From contig JBGAUV010000001.1 in assembly GCA_044228445.1 (NCBI GenBank), positions 250,495 through 314,494 on the forward strand: 64,000 bases of DNA, written 5' to 3'. This DNA is from Minisyncoccia bacterium. GTDB taxonomy: Bacteria; Patescibacteriota; Minisyncoccia; Phycocordibacterales; PALSA-1337. Under the pieces are notes generated by a model. That model did not search any database. It was given only the letters and a program-made list of their open reading frames with translations, and was not told where the DNA came from. The position numbers and the translations under genes are program-made. Positions 56,206-63,268 of this stretch are shown here, piece after piece (the stretch's first letter is position 1; every line of letters starts with the position of its first letter).

Positions 56206-59121
56206 ATGAGTATATCAATAAGAAGAGCCGACGGTAGTCTAGCCCCATTTAATGCAGATAAAATAAATCGTTCTATAGAACGTGCATGTATTGGACTTAC
56301 AGATCCAATATCAATGGTTACTCAAATAGCTACAGAAACACAACTTACACTTCATGAAGGTATTACAACTGAAGAAATGGATAAAGCTACAATAAATGCC
56401 GCAGTACAAAATATAAAAGAGGATCCAGAATACGATAAGGTTGCAACTAGATTGCTTTTAAAGACTATATACAGAAAGGTTGTAGGAGAATACGATAAGG
56501 ATGATTATGAAGATTTAAAAAGAAAACATAGAGATGCATTTATAACTTATATAAAACAAGGGGTAAAAAACAAGACTCTTCATTCCAATATGGAAAGTCT
56601 TTTTGATCTTAATGCTTTAGCTGATACTTTAAATATAGATAGAGATGAATTATTCCTATACGCAGGATTAGATGGTTTGGCGCATAGATATATGATAAAA
56701 GATACTAAGGGTAATGTAATTGAAACACCACAGTATTTTTTTATGAGAGTAGCTATGGGTTTGTCTTATGTTGAGAAAAATCCTACAGAATACGCAAAGA
56801 AGTTTTATCATAAAATGTCAAAACATGAATATATCGCTGGAGGTTCAGCAAATCTCGGTGCAGGAACTCCAAGTTCTTCATTATCAAACTGTTTTTTACT
56901 AGAAGTTCATGATGATATGCAACATATAGCAAAGTCTGTATCAGATGTACTTCTACTTTCAAAGAGCTCAGGGGGGTTGGGAGTTTCTATAACAAAGTTA
57001 AGATCTTCCGGTTCACCACTAAAATCAGGTTTTGGAGGAAGTTCAAGCGGTCCTACACCTTTTGCAAAAATAATGGATACATCTATTCGTGCAGTTATGA
57101 GAGGTGGTAAAAAGGTAGGTGCATTGTGTTTCTATATGGAACCATGGCATTTGGATTTTACAGAATTCATAGATTGGAAGAACAATAGCGGAGATGATTA
57201 TGCTCGTATGAGAACAGCAAATACCGCTGTATACATTTCTGATGAATTCATGAAGAGATCTAGAGATGGAAAGGATTGGTATATGTTTGATCCAGCAGAA
57301 ACACCAGATTTAAATGAATTATACGGACAAGCTTTCAGTAAAAGATATATCGAATATGTAGACATGGCTGATAAAGGAATGATGAGAACATTCAAGAAAA
57401 TTCCTGCAAATGAATTATTTAGAAAAATTCTAGTATCAATGCAAACAACATCACATCCTTGGTTAGTTTGGAAAGATACCATAAATCTCCGTGCCTTGAA
57501 TAACAATACAGGAACAATACATATGTCTAATCTATGTACTGAAATATGTTTACCACAGGACAGAGAAAATGTTGCTGTATGTAACCTGGCATCAATAAAC
57601 TTAGCTGCTCACGTAAGCAATAAACAAGTAAACTGGGGAAAGCTAGAAGAAAGTGCAAGACTAGCAGTAAGACAACTCGACAATCTTATCGATATAAACA
57701 TGCTACCTATTCCAGAAGCAGTAAAATCAGATAAAGAAAATAGAGCAATGGGACTAGGGGTAATGGGTTTTGCAGATGTAATAGAAAAACTAGGTATGGC
57801 TTATGACAGTGAACATGCTTGGGATTTTGCAGATAGAATATTTGAATTTGTAAGCTATATGGCTATAGATGAAAGTGCAAATCTAGCTCAAGAAAGAGGT
57901 ATATATAAACATTTTGAAGGATCTATGTGGTCAAAGGGTAAGGTCCCAATAGATTCAATTGAAAATTTAGAAAGAGATAGAGGAATAAAAGTAAGTGTTA
58001 TTAGAGATAGTAAGCATCGTGGTTTAAACTGGAATTTACTTAGAGAAAAAGTTAAAAAAGGAATGAGAAATTCTACTTTAATGGCTGTGGCTCCAAATGC
58101 AAACATTGGTCTTGTTGCAGGTACCACTCCAGGAATAGATGCACGTTTTGCTCAAGTCTTTTCAAGAAATAAAATATCAGGAAAGTATATGGACCTAAAC
58201 CATAACCTAGTAAATGATTTGAAGAACATGGGTATATGGGAAAAAGTGAGAGATCAAATAATTGAAAATCAAGGCGATATTGCACATATAGAAGGAATTC
58301 CACAATATTTGAAGGATATATACAAAACTTCATTTACAACTTCACCTTATGCATATATAGAAGTTGCTGCTAGAGCTCAAAAGTGGGTTGATCAAGCACT
58401 TTCTAGAAATATGTATTTGGAAACAAGAGATCTAGATGAAACTATGGCTATATATGCTACAGCTTGGGAAAAGGGTTTGAAATCAACTTATTATTTACAC
58501 CTAAAACCTCGTCATACAGCAGAACAAAGTACAATAAGAGTAAATAAAGCAGAGAAAATGGGTAAGATAGGCTTTGCTGCTGTAGCAAAAGCAAAAACAG
58601 AGAGCCAATCTCCAATAGAAAAAGAAACAGAAGTAGCTTTCTCTATGCCAAAGCAAACAAGCATACCAGTTTCAAATATAATAGCTAAACCTACCAATAC
58701 CTTTAGCCCTTCAAATACATCTATGTATACTGGAGTACAAAATATTAATTCAAATAAGCCAGTTCAAAAAGATTCTGAACCAGTTGTTTCTATATATAAT
58801 GAACCAACAATATCAAATATAATGTCAGAAGTTCCAGCAAAGGTGCCTGCTATGGTTGGTTTCGGGGCAGTAAAAAAACAAGAAAATATAGAAGTTAAAA
58901 CAGAAGTTAAGAGTCCTCAAATAATAGAAAATGATATAAAACCTCAATTCACAGAAAATAATTTGAACACAAGTTTTACACAAAATAAATATTCAGATAT
59001 ATCATCAATTGGTATGATACAAGCAAAAGAACAAAATGTAGTTCAAAATAAGGTAAAGATGGCTCCCAAGGTTTGTCCAATAGACCCAGCAGAAAGAGCA
59101 CAGTGTGATAGTTGTCAGTAA
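56206..59121 (+). CDS. nrdA: Class I ribonucleoside-diphosphate reductase alpha subunit with ATP-cone and extended C-terminus
   Basis: N-terminal ATP-cone (RRADGSLAPFNADKINRSIERA); NLCTEI; terminal CPIDPAERAQCDSCQ. Confidence 0.9.
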   Translation: MSISIRRADGSLAPFNADKINRSIERACIGLTDPISMVTQIATETQLTLHEGITTEEMDKATINAAVQNIKEDPEYDKVATRLLLKTIYRKVVGEYDKDDYEDLKRKHRDAFITYIKQGVKNKTLHSNMESLFDLNALADTLNIDRDELFLYAGLDGLAHRYMIKDTKGNVIETPQYFFMRVAMGLSYVEKNPTEYAKKFYHKMSKHEYIAGGSANLGAGTPSSSLSNCFLLEVHDDMQHIAKSVSDVLLLSKSSGGLGVSITKLRSSGSPLKSGFGGSSSGPTPFAKIMDTSIRAVMRGGKKVGALCFYMEPWHLDFTEFIDWKNNSGDDYARMRTANTAVYISDEFMKRSRDGKDWYMFDPAETPDLNELYGQAFSKRYIEYVDMADKGMMRTFKKIPANELFRKILVSMQTTSHPWLVWKDTINLRALNNNTGTIHMSNLCTEICLPQDRENVAVCNLASINLAAHVSNKQVNWGKLEESARLAVRQLDNLIDINMLPIPEAVKSDKENRAMGLGVMGFADVIEKLGMAYDSEHAWDFADRIFEFVSYMAIDESANLAQERGIYKHFEGSMWSKGKVPIDSIENLERDRGIKVSVIRDSKHRGLNWNLLREKVKKGMRNSTLMAVAPNANIGLVAGTTPGIDARFAQVFSRNKISGKYMDLNHNLVNDLKNMGIWEKVRDQIIENQGDIAHIEGIPQYLKDIYKTSFTTSPYAYIEVAARAQKWVDQALSRNMYLETRDLDETMAIYATAWEKGLKSTYYLHLKPRHTAEQSTIRVNKAEKMGKIGFAAVAKAKTESQSPIEKETEVAFSMPKQTSIPVSNIIAKPTNTFSPSNTSMYTGVQNINSNKPVQKDSEPVVSIYNEPTISNIMSEVPAKVPAMVGFGAVKKQENIEVKTEVKSPQIIENDIKPQFTENNLNTSFTQNKYSDISSIGMIQAKEQNVVQNKVKMAPKVCPIDPAERAQCDSCQ

Positions 59122-59210
59122 TTAGTGTAAGTAAATTTACAATTAGTATTAAAAGAATATAAAGAATTCGAGTTTTTGTAGTCCAAATTATTATTTAATA
59201 AAATAAAATT

Positions 59211-60224
59211 ATGTTAATAGGAAAAGCATCACCAGAAGATACAAGTCTACACCCAATAAAGTATAAATGGGCTTATGATCTATACAATCAAGCAGTTAGA
59301 AATACTTGGTTTCCACATGAAATTACTCTAAAAGAGGATATGGATGATTGGAAGAAGATGACTGATGATGAAAGACATGCAGTTACATTCCTAATGGCAT
59401 TCTTTAACCCTGCAGAACTTATTGTAAATCGTTCAATTGCTTTAGGAATTTACCCTTATCTAAAGTCTCCAGAGTGCCATCTTTATCTAGCAAAACAAAT
59501 GTGGGAAGAGGCAAATCACTGTGTGGCTTTTGAATATGTTCTAGAAACATTTCCTTTTGATAGAGAAAAAATATATAACCTTCATCTTGAAGTTCCTTCA
59601 ATGAAAGCAAAAGAGGATTATATAAATAAATACATGAAGAGAATGACCGATGTTTCTCTAGATGTAAGTACTACAGAAGGTAAAAAAGATTTTATACGAA
59701 ATCTTGTTGCTACAAACATTGTGATGGAAGGAATATGGTTCTATTCAGGTTTTATGGTTGCTCTTTCATTCCGTCAGAGAAAACAACTTAGAAACTTCGG
59801 TTCTATGATTAACTGGGTTTTGAGAGATGAAAGTCTTCACTTAAAATTCGGTATGAACCTTATTCACAATATCTTGGAGGAAAATCATGATCTATTAACT
59901 GAAGATTTTGCAAATGAAATAAGAAATATAATCATAGAAGGAGTTGATAAAGAAGTTGATTATAATATGGATCTTTTCCCAAACGGTATTCTTGGTCTAA
60001 ATGCTGATTATGTTAATCAATACGTAAAGTATGTTACAGATCGTCGCCTAGAAGAACTAGGTTTTCCTCCACACTACAATGCTACAAACCCAGCAAAATG
60101 GATGTCTACTGCTACAGATGTTTATGAGCTTGTTAATTTCTTTGAAGCACAAAATACAAGTTATGAAGTAGATGTAAGAGCACATTCAGAAAAGAAAGAG
60201 GAGAAGAAAGAGGCGGGGGAGTAA
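59211..60224 (+). CDS. nrdB: Ribonucleotide reductase beta subunit, class Ic-like (R2c)
   Basis: Metal site EEANHCVAFEY has Phe at His+4, where class Ia has the radical Tyr; first ligand is Glu (NPAELIV). Confidence 0.85.
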   Translation: MLIGKASPEDTSLHPIKYKWAYDLYNQAVRNTWFPHEITLKEDMDDWKKMTDDERHAVTFLMAFFNPAELIVNRSIALGIYPYLKSPECHLYLAKQMWEEANHCVAFEYVLETFPFDREKIYNLHLEVPSMKAKEDYINKYMKRMTDVSLDVSTTEGKKDFIRNLVATNIVMEGIWFYSGFMVALSFRQRKQLRNFGSMINWVLRDESLHLKFGMNLIHNILEENHDLLTEDFANEIRNIIIEGVDKEVDYNMDLFPNGILGLNADYVNQYVKYVTDRRLEELGFPPHYNATNPAKWMSTATDVYELVNFFEAQNTSYEVDVRAHSEKKEEKKEAGE

Positions 60225-60226
60225 TT

Positions 60227-60646
60227 ATGTTAGTTGTTAAGACTAAAATTAAAAATAGTGAAATTGAAGGACTAGGTCTATTTGCTGATCAGTTTATACC
60301 TAAAGGTAGTGTAATTTGGAAATATGATCCAAGTTTTGATATTTATTTTGATCCTAAGGAGGTAGAAAAAATGTCAGAACCGCAAAAAGACCTGATAATA
60401 CATTTTGCTTATCTTTCAAAAAAAAGTGGTAAATATGTTTATTCAATAGATAATACAAGATTCACAAATCATTCAAATAAACCAAATACCGTAGAAGATG
60501 AAAATGTTTGTAGTGATGATTTAGAAATATGTACTATTGCTGTTAAGGATATTCAAATAGGGGAGGAAATTACTATTGATTATCGGGTAATTGACGCAGT
60601 GGATGAAGGTAGTAATGAGGAGTATTTGAAGACGGTAGTTCTATAG
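60227..60646 (+). CDS. SET-domain protein (putative lysine methyltransferase)
   Basis: GLGLFA, RFTNHSNKPN, GEEITIDY; starts 3 nt after the nrdB stop, preceded by GGGGGAG. Confidence 0.8.
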   Translation: MLVVKTKIKNSEIEGLGLFADQFIPKGSVIWKYDPSFDIYFDPKEVEKMSEPQKDLIIHFAYLSKKSGKYVYSIDNTRFTNHSNKPNTVEDENVCSDDLEICTIAVKDIQIGEEITIDYRVIDAVDEGSNEEYLKTVVL

Positions 60647-60663
60647 AGTTTTTATGGTTTAGG
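60628..60663 (+). repeat. Junction motif copy 1
   Basis: GAAGACGGTAGTTCTATAGAGTTTTTATGGTTTAGG; supplies the last 6 codons and the stop of the SET gene. Confidence 0.7.
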
Positions 60664-60703
60664 AATAAAAGTGGGCTCACCGAAACGAATTTCAGTGAGC
60701 CCA
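60660..60703 (-). terminator. Minus-strand terminator hairpin
   Basis: On the minus strand: TGGGCTCAC-N14-GTGAGCCCA followed by CTTTTATT. Confidence 0.5.
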
Positions 60704-60748
60704 GGGACAACCTTTTTCTCATGTTTCGCTCGCCACTACTTAGATACC

Positions 60749-60921
60749 TAAGATTTAGGCAAAAATTTACCCCACTTACATTTCCGTAAGTGGGGCGTAC
60801 CTAGGAATTTAGGATGACTTGAATCGTCTTGCGACGAATGATCAGAGCCATAAAAACCTAGATATATAAGATACTGACTTCTACATCACAGCAAACTACT
60901 ATAACTTTGTCAAGTGACAAA
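60749..60921 (+). repeat. 173-bp repeat, copy 1
   Basis: 172/173 identical to 62711-62883 by manual alignment (C/T difference at 60888 versus 62850). Confidence 0.9.
60758..60878 (-). ncRNA. Candidate sRNA A, copy 1 (~120 nt)
   Basis: Minus-strand promoter TTGACA-N17-TGTGAT (60885-60913); internal TCGTC-GCAA-GACGA hairpin; terminator CCCCACTTAC-GGAAAT-GTAAGTGGGG then TAAATTTTTG. Confidence 0.5.
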
Positions 60922-60937
60922 TGTGTGTACCTAAAAC

Positions 60938-60964
60938 AGTGGTCTCATAGAGTTTAAGGTCTAG
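60938..60964 (+). repeat. Junction motif copy 2
   Basis: AGTGGTCTCATAGAGTTTAAGGTCTAG. Confidence 0.7.
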
Positions 60965-60969
60965 CTATA

Positions 60970-60998
60970 TTGACATACTAAACTAAATGTGCTATTTT
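60970..60998 (+). promoter_or_regulatory. Promoter of cassette A: TTGACA-N17-TATTTT with extended -10 TG
   Basis: Read directly. Confidence 0.5.
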
Positions 60999-61017
60999 TG
61001 TATGTAATAGCACATTT
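60985..61017. promoter_or_regulatory. 11-bp perfect inverted repeat spanning the -10/TSS (operator-like)
   Basis: AAATGTGCTAT-N11-ATAGCACATTT. Confidence 0.55.
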
Positions 61018-61050
61018 CAACGATTTCAACCCAAAACCATTAGGAGAACC

Positions 61051-61425
61051 ATGAGCAAGCCTTCTTTCACCGTATTTGTTGGCATAAAGGGCGAATTCTC
61101 AGAAGAAGATTACGCCAAACTTCCGTCCGAGCTTCGAAAAGCATACTCGCCGTGTCCTGAATGGGATCTGGGAGAGGAAATCATTATCGACGGATTGGAA
61201 TTTGATTCCTTTGACCTTGGTCGCGATGACACTGCTGATCCGGGAGAATATGTGGGCTTCGGCGTCCATATCTTCGGTCAGTGGTATGACAGCGGAGCTA
61301 CTTGCTTCGCTCTTGATGAGCTTCAAACAATCGAATCTGTTCGTCAGAAGATGACAACTCTCTTCGATCAATGGAAGCTCGATGCCAAAGTCGAAGTGTT
61401 CTGCTTTGCAGGATACAATTCATAA
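61051..61425 (+). CDS. Island cassette A: acidic 124-aa protein, unknown function
   Basis: TAGGAGA-N5-ATG; GC-rich codon usage unlike the flanks; own terminator. Confidence 0.65.
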   Translation: MSKPSFTVFVGIKGEFSEEDYAKLPSELRKAYSPCPEWDLGEEIIIDGLEFDSFDLGRDDTADPGEYVGFGVHIFGQWYDSGATCFALDELQTIESVRQKMTTLFDQWKLDAKVEVFCFAGYNS

Positions 61426-61441
61426 CCCATCAACTCACTCC

Positions 61442-61480
61442 AGAAAACCCCTGTCGCGAGATGGTGGGTTTTCTGTTTTA
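61442..61480 (+). terminator. Rho-independent terminator of cassette A
   Basis: AGAAAACCC...GGGTTTTCT-GTTTTAT. Confidence 0.7.
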
Positions 61481-61654
61481 TAAAATTCCAATATGTTGAT
61501 ACTAACAGACTTGAACGGCATCCTAAATAGATGTCATTTATTGTTACTTGCTATATAAAAATCTCGTTGATATGTTGTTAGGTAAGACGAGCTTGAAATC
61601 AAAATAAAAACTAGAGCATCTTCTATGGGGAATTCAATCAGTATTTAACTCTGT

Positions 61655-61688
61655 GAAGACGGTAGTATTATAGAGTTTAAGGTTTAGA
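61655..61688 (+). repeat. Junction motif copy 3
   Basis: GAAGACGGTAGTATTATAGAGTTTAAGGTTTAGA; the upstream AGTATTT is also shared with copy 1. Confidence 0.7.
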
Positions 61689-61692
61689 CTAC

Positions 61693-61720
61693 TTGACATA
61701 TGACCATGTCGTGATATAAT
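61693..61720 (+). promoter_or_regulatory. Promoter of cassette B: TTGACA-N16-TATAAT with extended -10 (TGa)
   Basis: Near-consensus sigma70 promoter read directly. Confidence 0.7.
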
Positions 61721-61779
61721 TTAAAAGGACTAGGATTTTTCCTAATGCTGTCCAGCAAAATCATACTTGGAGGATAGAA

Positions 61780-62139
61780 ATGTACTCTGACGATAAAACT
61801 CTAAAAGAGTTCATGACTGTACTTGTAAGTACAGCTGCGGCTCGGAGAAACTACTTGGATGTCCCTAGCGATTTCATTTTGAGACATCCCTGGACACTGA
61901 AATACCTTTCCAATTTCGCTGAGGCTGACGATTTCATGCAGATCGCGAAAACGGAAGGAGTCCAGATTGTTTGCGAGGATGAACCCAAAAACATTCAAGA
62001 GTTTCGCCGGGACCATGGTCTCAAACCACAGGTTCGCTACAAAGTGTTTGTTCCAGCCGAAACAAAAATCAGAACAAAAGAACAGATCTTCAAGTTCGAA
62101 AGACAAGGAGATGGTTCATATGTTCCACTCAATGGCTGA
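61780..62139 (+). CDS. Island cassette B: 119-aa protein, unknown function
   Basis: TGGAGGA-N5-ATG; own terminator. Confidence 0.65.
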   Translation: MYSDDKTLKEFMTVLVSTAAARRNYLDVPSDFILRHPWTLKYLSNFAEADDFMQIAKTEGVQIVCEDEPKNIQEFRRDHGLKPQVRYKVFVPAETKIRTKEQIFKFERQGDGSYVPLNG

Positions 62140-62142
62140 ACC

Positions 62143-62187
62143 AAAACCCCATCTACGCTTTCATGAGAAGATGGGGTTTTGTCTTTT
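62143..62187 (+). terminator. Rho-independent terminator of cassette B
   Basis: AAAACCCCATCT-N14-AGATGGGGTTTT-GTCTTTT. Confidence 0.75.
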
Positions 62188-62188
62188 A

Positions 62189-62222
62189 GAAGATGGTGGT
62201 TTAATGTAGTTTAAAATTTAGA
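62189..62222 (+). repeat. Junction motif copy 4
   Basis: GAAGATGGTGGTTTAATGTAGTTTAAAATTTAGA. Confidence 0.6.
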
Positions 62223-62388
62223 TAAAAGAAAGCCGGCCAAACCTTATGGGTCTGGCCGGGAAAGTGATGGGTATGCGCCCATCTGCGGATCATTTACGAT
62301 CATTTTGCCAGTAAAATAAGGTTATTTCTGGTTACGTATCCCTGGTATTGTGTCCAGACACGTAACTTATGAATACTAACCTTATTCT
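62222..62388 (-). ncRNA. Candidate sRNA B (~165 nt), same promoter as sRNA A, different body
   Basis: Promoter TTGACA-N17-TATGAT (62395-62423, minus strand). Long hairpin AATAAGGTTA...TAACCTTATT enclosing GTTACGT/ACGTAAC. GATGGG-CGCATA-CCCATC hairpin. Terminator CCGGCCAGACC-CATAAGG-GGTTTGGCCGG then CTTTCTTTT. Confidence 0.5.
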
Positions 62389-62429
62389 TTTACCATCATA
62401 GCAAATTACTATAACTTTGTCAAGTATTC

Positions 62430-62462
62430 AAAGATGTCGGTGTTATGGAGTTCAAGTTCTAA
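62430..62462 (+). repeat. Junction motif copy 5
   Basis: AAAGATGTCGGTGTTATGGAGTTCAAGTTCTAA. Confidence 0.55.
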
Positions 62463-62478
62463 CCTCTATTGATATAAT
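62451..62478 (+). promoter_or_regulatory. Promoter of cassette C: extended -10 TGaTATAAT, weak -35 TTCAAG
   Basis: Read directly. Confidence 0.5.
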
Positions 62479-62522
62479 TAATCTAGAGTGTTAATCTTCT
62501 TTTTAAGAAAGGAGAGTACATC

Positions 62523-62720
62523 ATGATCAAAATTACTGTCCGTAAAGAAGGAGAGAGAACCTTTGCGGCCTATGTGGACGATGAAAATATGCGGCGCATA
62601 GGTGAGTCTCGAGGAGAAGCTGTTGGCAAAGTCGTATCTGATCTCATTGAACAAAGGTCAGTACGGTTGGAAGATTGTCAAGTGCATCAAATCGAGATTA
62701 AACAAAAATATAAGATTTAG
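62523..62720 (+). CDS. Island cassette C: 65-aa protein, faint HicB/DUF1902-like N-terminal pattern
   Basis: AAAGGAGAG-N6-ATG; MIKITVRKEGERTFAAYVDD...GESRGEAVGKVVSDLIE. Confidence 0.55.
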   Translation: MIKITVRKEGERTFAAYVDDENMRRIGESRGEAVGKVVSDLIEQRSVRLEDCQVHQIEIKQKYKI

Positions 62721-62883
62721 GCAAAAATTTACCCCACTTACATTTCCGTAAGTGGGGCGTACCTAGGAATTTAGGATGACTTGAATCGTCTTGCGACGAA
62801 TGATCAGAGCCATAAAAACCTAGATATATAAGATACTGACTTCTACATCATAGCAAACTACTATAACTTTGTCAAGTGACAAA
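62711..62883 (+). repeat. 173-bp repeat, copy 2
   Basis: See copy 1; begins inside the last codons of cassette C. Confidence 0.9.
62720..62840 (-). ncRNA. Candidate sRNA A, copy 2
   Basis: Promoter TTGACA-N17-TATGAT (62847-62875, minus strand); body identical to copy 1. Confidence 0.5.
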
Positions 62884-62910
62884 GATAGTGGTCTCATCGG
62901 GTTTAAAATA
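62881..62910 (+). repeat. Junction motif copy 6 (degenerate)
   Basis: AAAGATAGTGGTCTCATCGGGTTTAAAATA. Confidence 0.5.
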
Positions 62911-62917
62911 ACCAGTA

Positions 62918-62946
62918 TTTACAATTTGTATAATTTAGTATATAAA
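62918..62946 (+). promoter_or_regulatory. Promoter of cassette D: TTTACA-N17-TATAAA
   Basis: Read directly. Confidence 0.5.
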
Positions 62947-62981
62947 AAATGTAGACTTAATTTAACACTGAAAGGTGCATC

Positions 62982-63200
62982 ATGAGTATTCTAAGAGAAT
63001 TCCGTAACGCCAGCCCAAGTGAAAAAGACCCTGCAAAACTTATTTTATTCACAGTATTTGCTGACCTTAATGCTCGGCACGGCTTCGGGGATTTCTGGAG
63101 CGGTATTAACAATGATATAAAAGAAGAAATTTTGAAAACAAATCTCGAAAAGATAAGAGAAATACTGAAGAAAAAGACTCAAACCAAAAACAAAGATTGA
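62982..63200 (+). CDS. Island cassette D: 72-aa protein, unknown function
   Basis: AAAGGTG-N4-ATG; own terminator. Confidence 0.6.
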   Translation: MSILREFRNASPSEKDPAKLILFTVFADLNARHGFGDFWSGINNDIKEEILKTNLEKIREILKKKTQTKNKD

Positions 63201-63224
63201 AAAAAAGTGACTGAATCAATCCAG

Positions 63225-63268
63225 GCCTCGTGTATATACATAAAAGTAAACACGAGGCTTTGAATTTT
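63225..63268 (+). terminator. Rho-independent terminator of cassette D
   Basis: GCCTCGTG-N18-CACGAGGC-TTTGAATTTT. Confidence 0.75.

Noticed and set aside
3106-58697. Numerous 60-140-aa antisense ORFs inside long genes (e.g. 3106-3336, 7065-7253, 13480-13680, 14787-15059, 16439-16756, 22379-22694, 32205-32633, 48755-49039, 57198-57506)
   Set aside because: They are fully nested antisense to well-supported genes and have low-complexity or hydrophobic translations typical of AT-rich shadow frames.
61099-62209. ORFs 61099-61371(-), 61801-62106(-) and 61967-62209(+)
   Set aside because: They are antisense or out-of-frame shadows of cassettes A and B, which is expected in GC-richer DNA. They lack an SD and a promoter, and the last one runs through a terminator.
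60758-62388. Peptides encoded by the sRNA candidates (16 aa MALIIRRKTIQVILNS; 19 aa MIVNDPQMGAYPSLSRPDP)
   Set aside because: They have no SD, unlike every other island ORF, and the start codons are buried in predicted helices. They are treated as non-coding.
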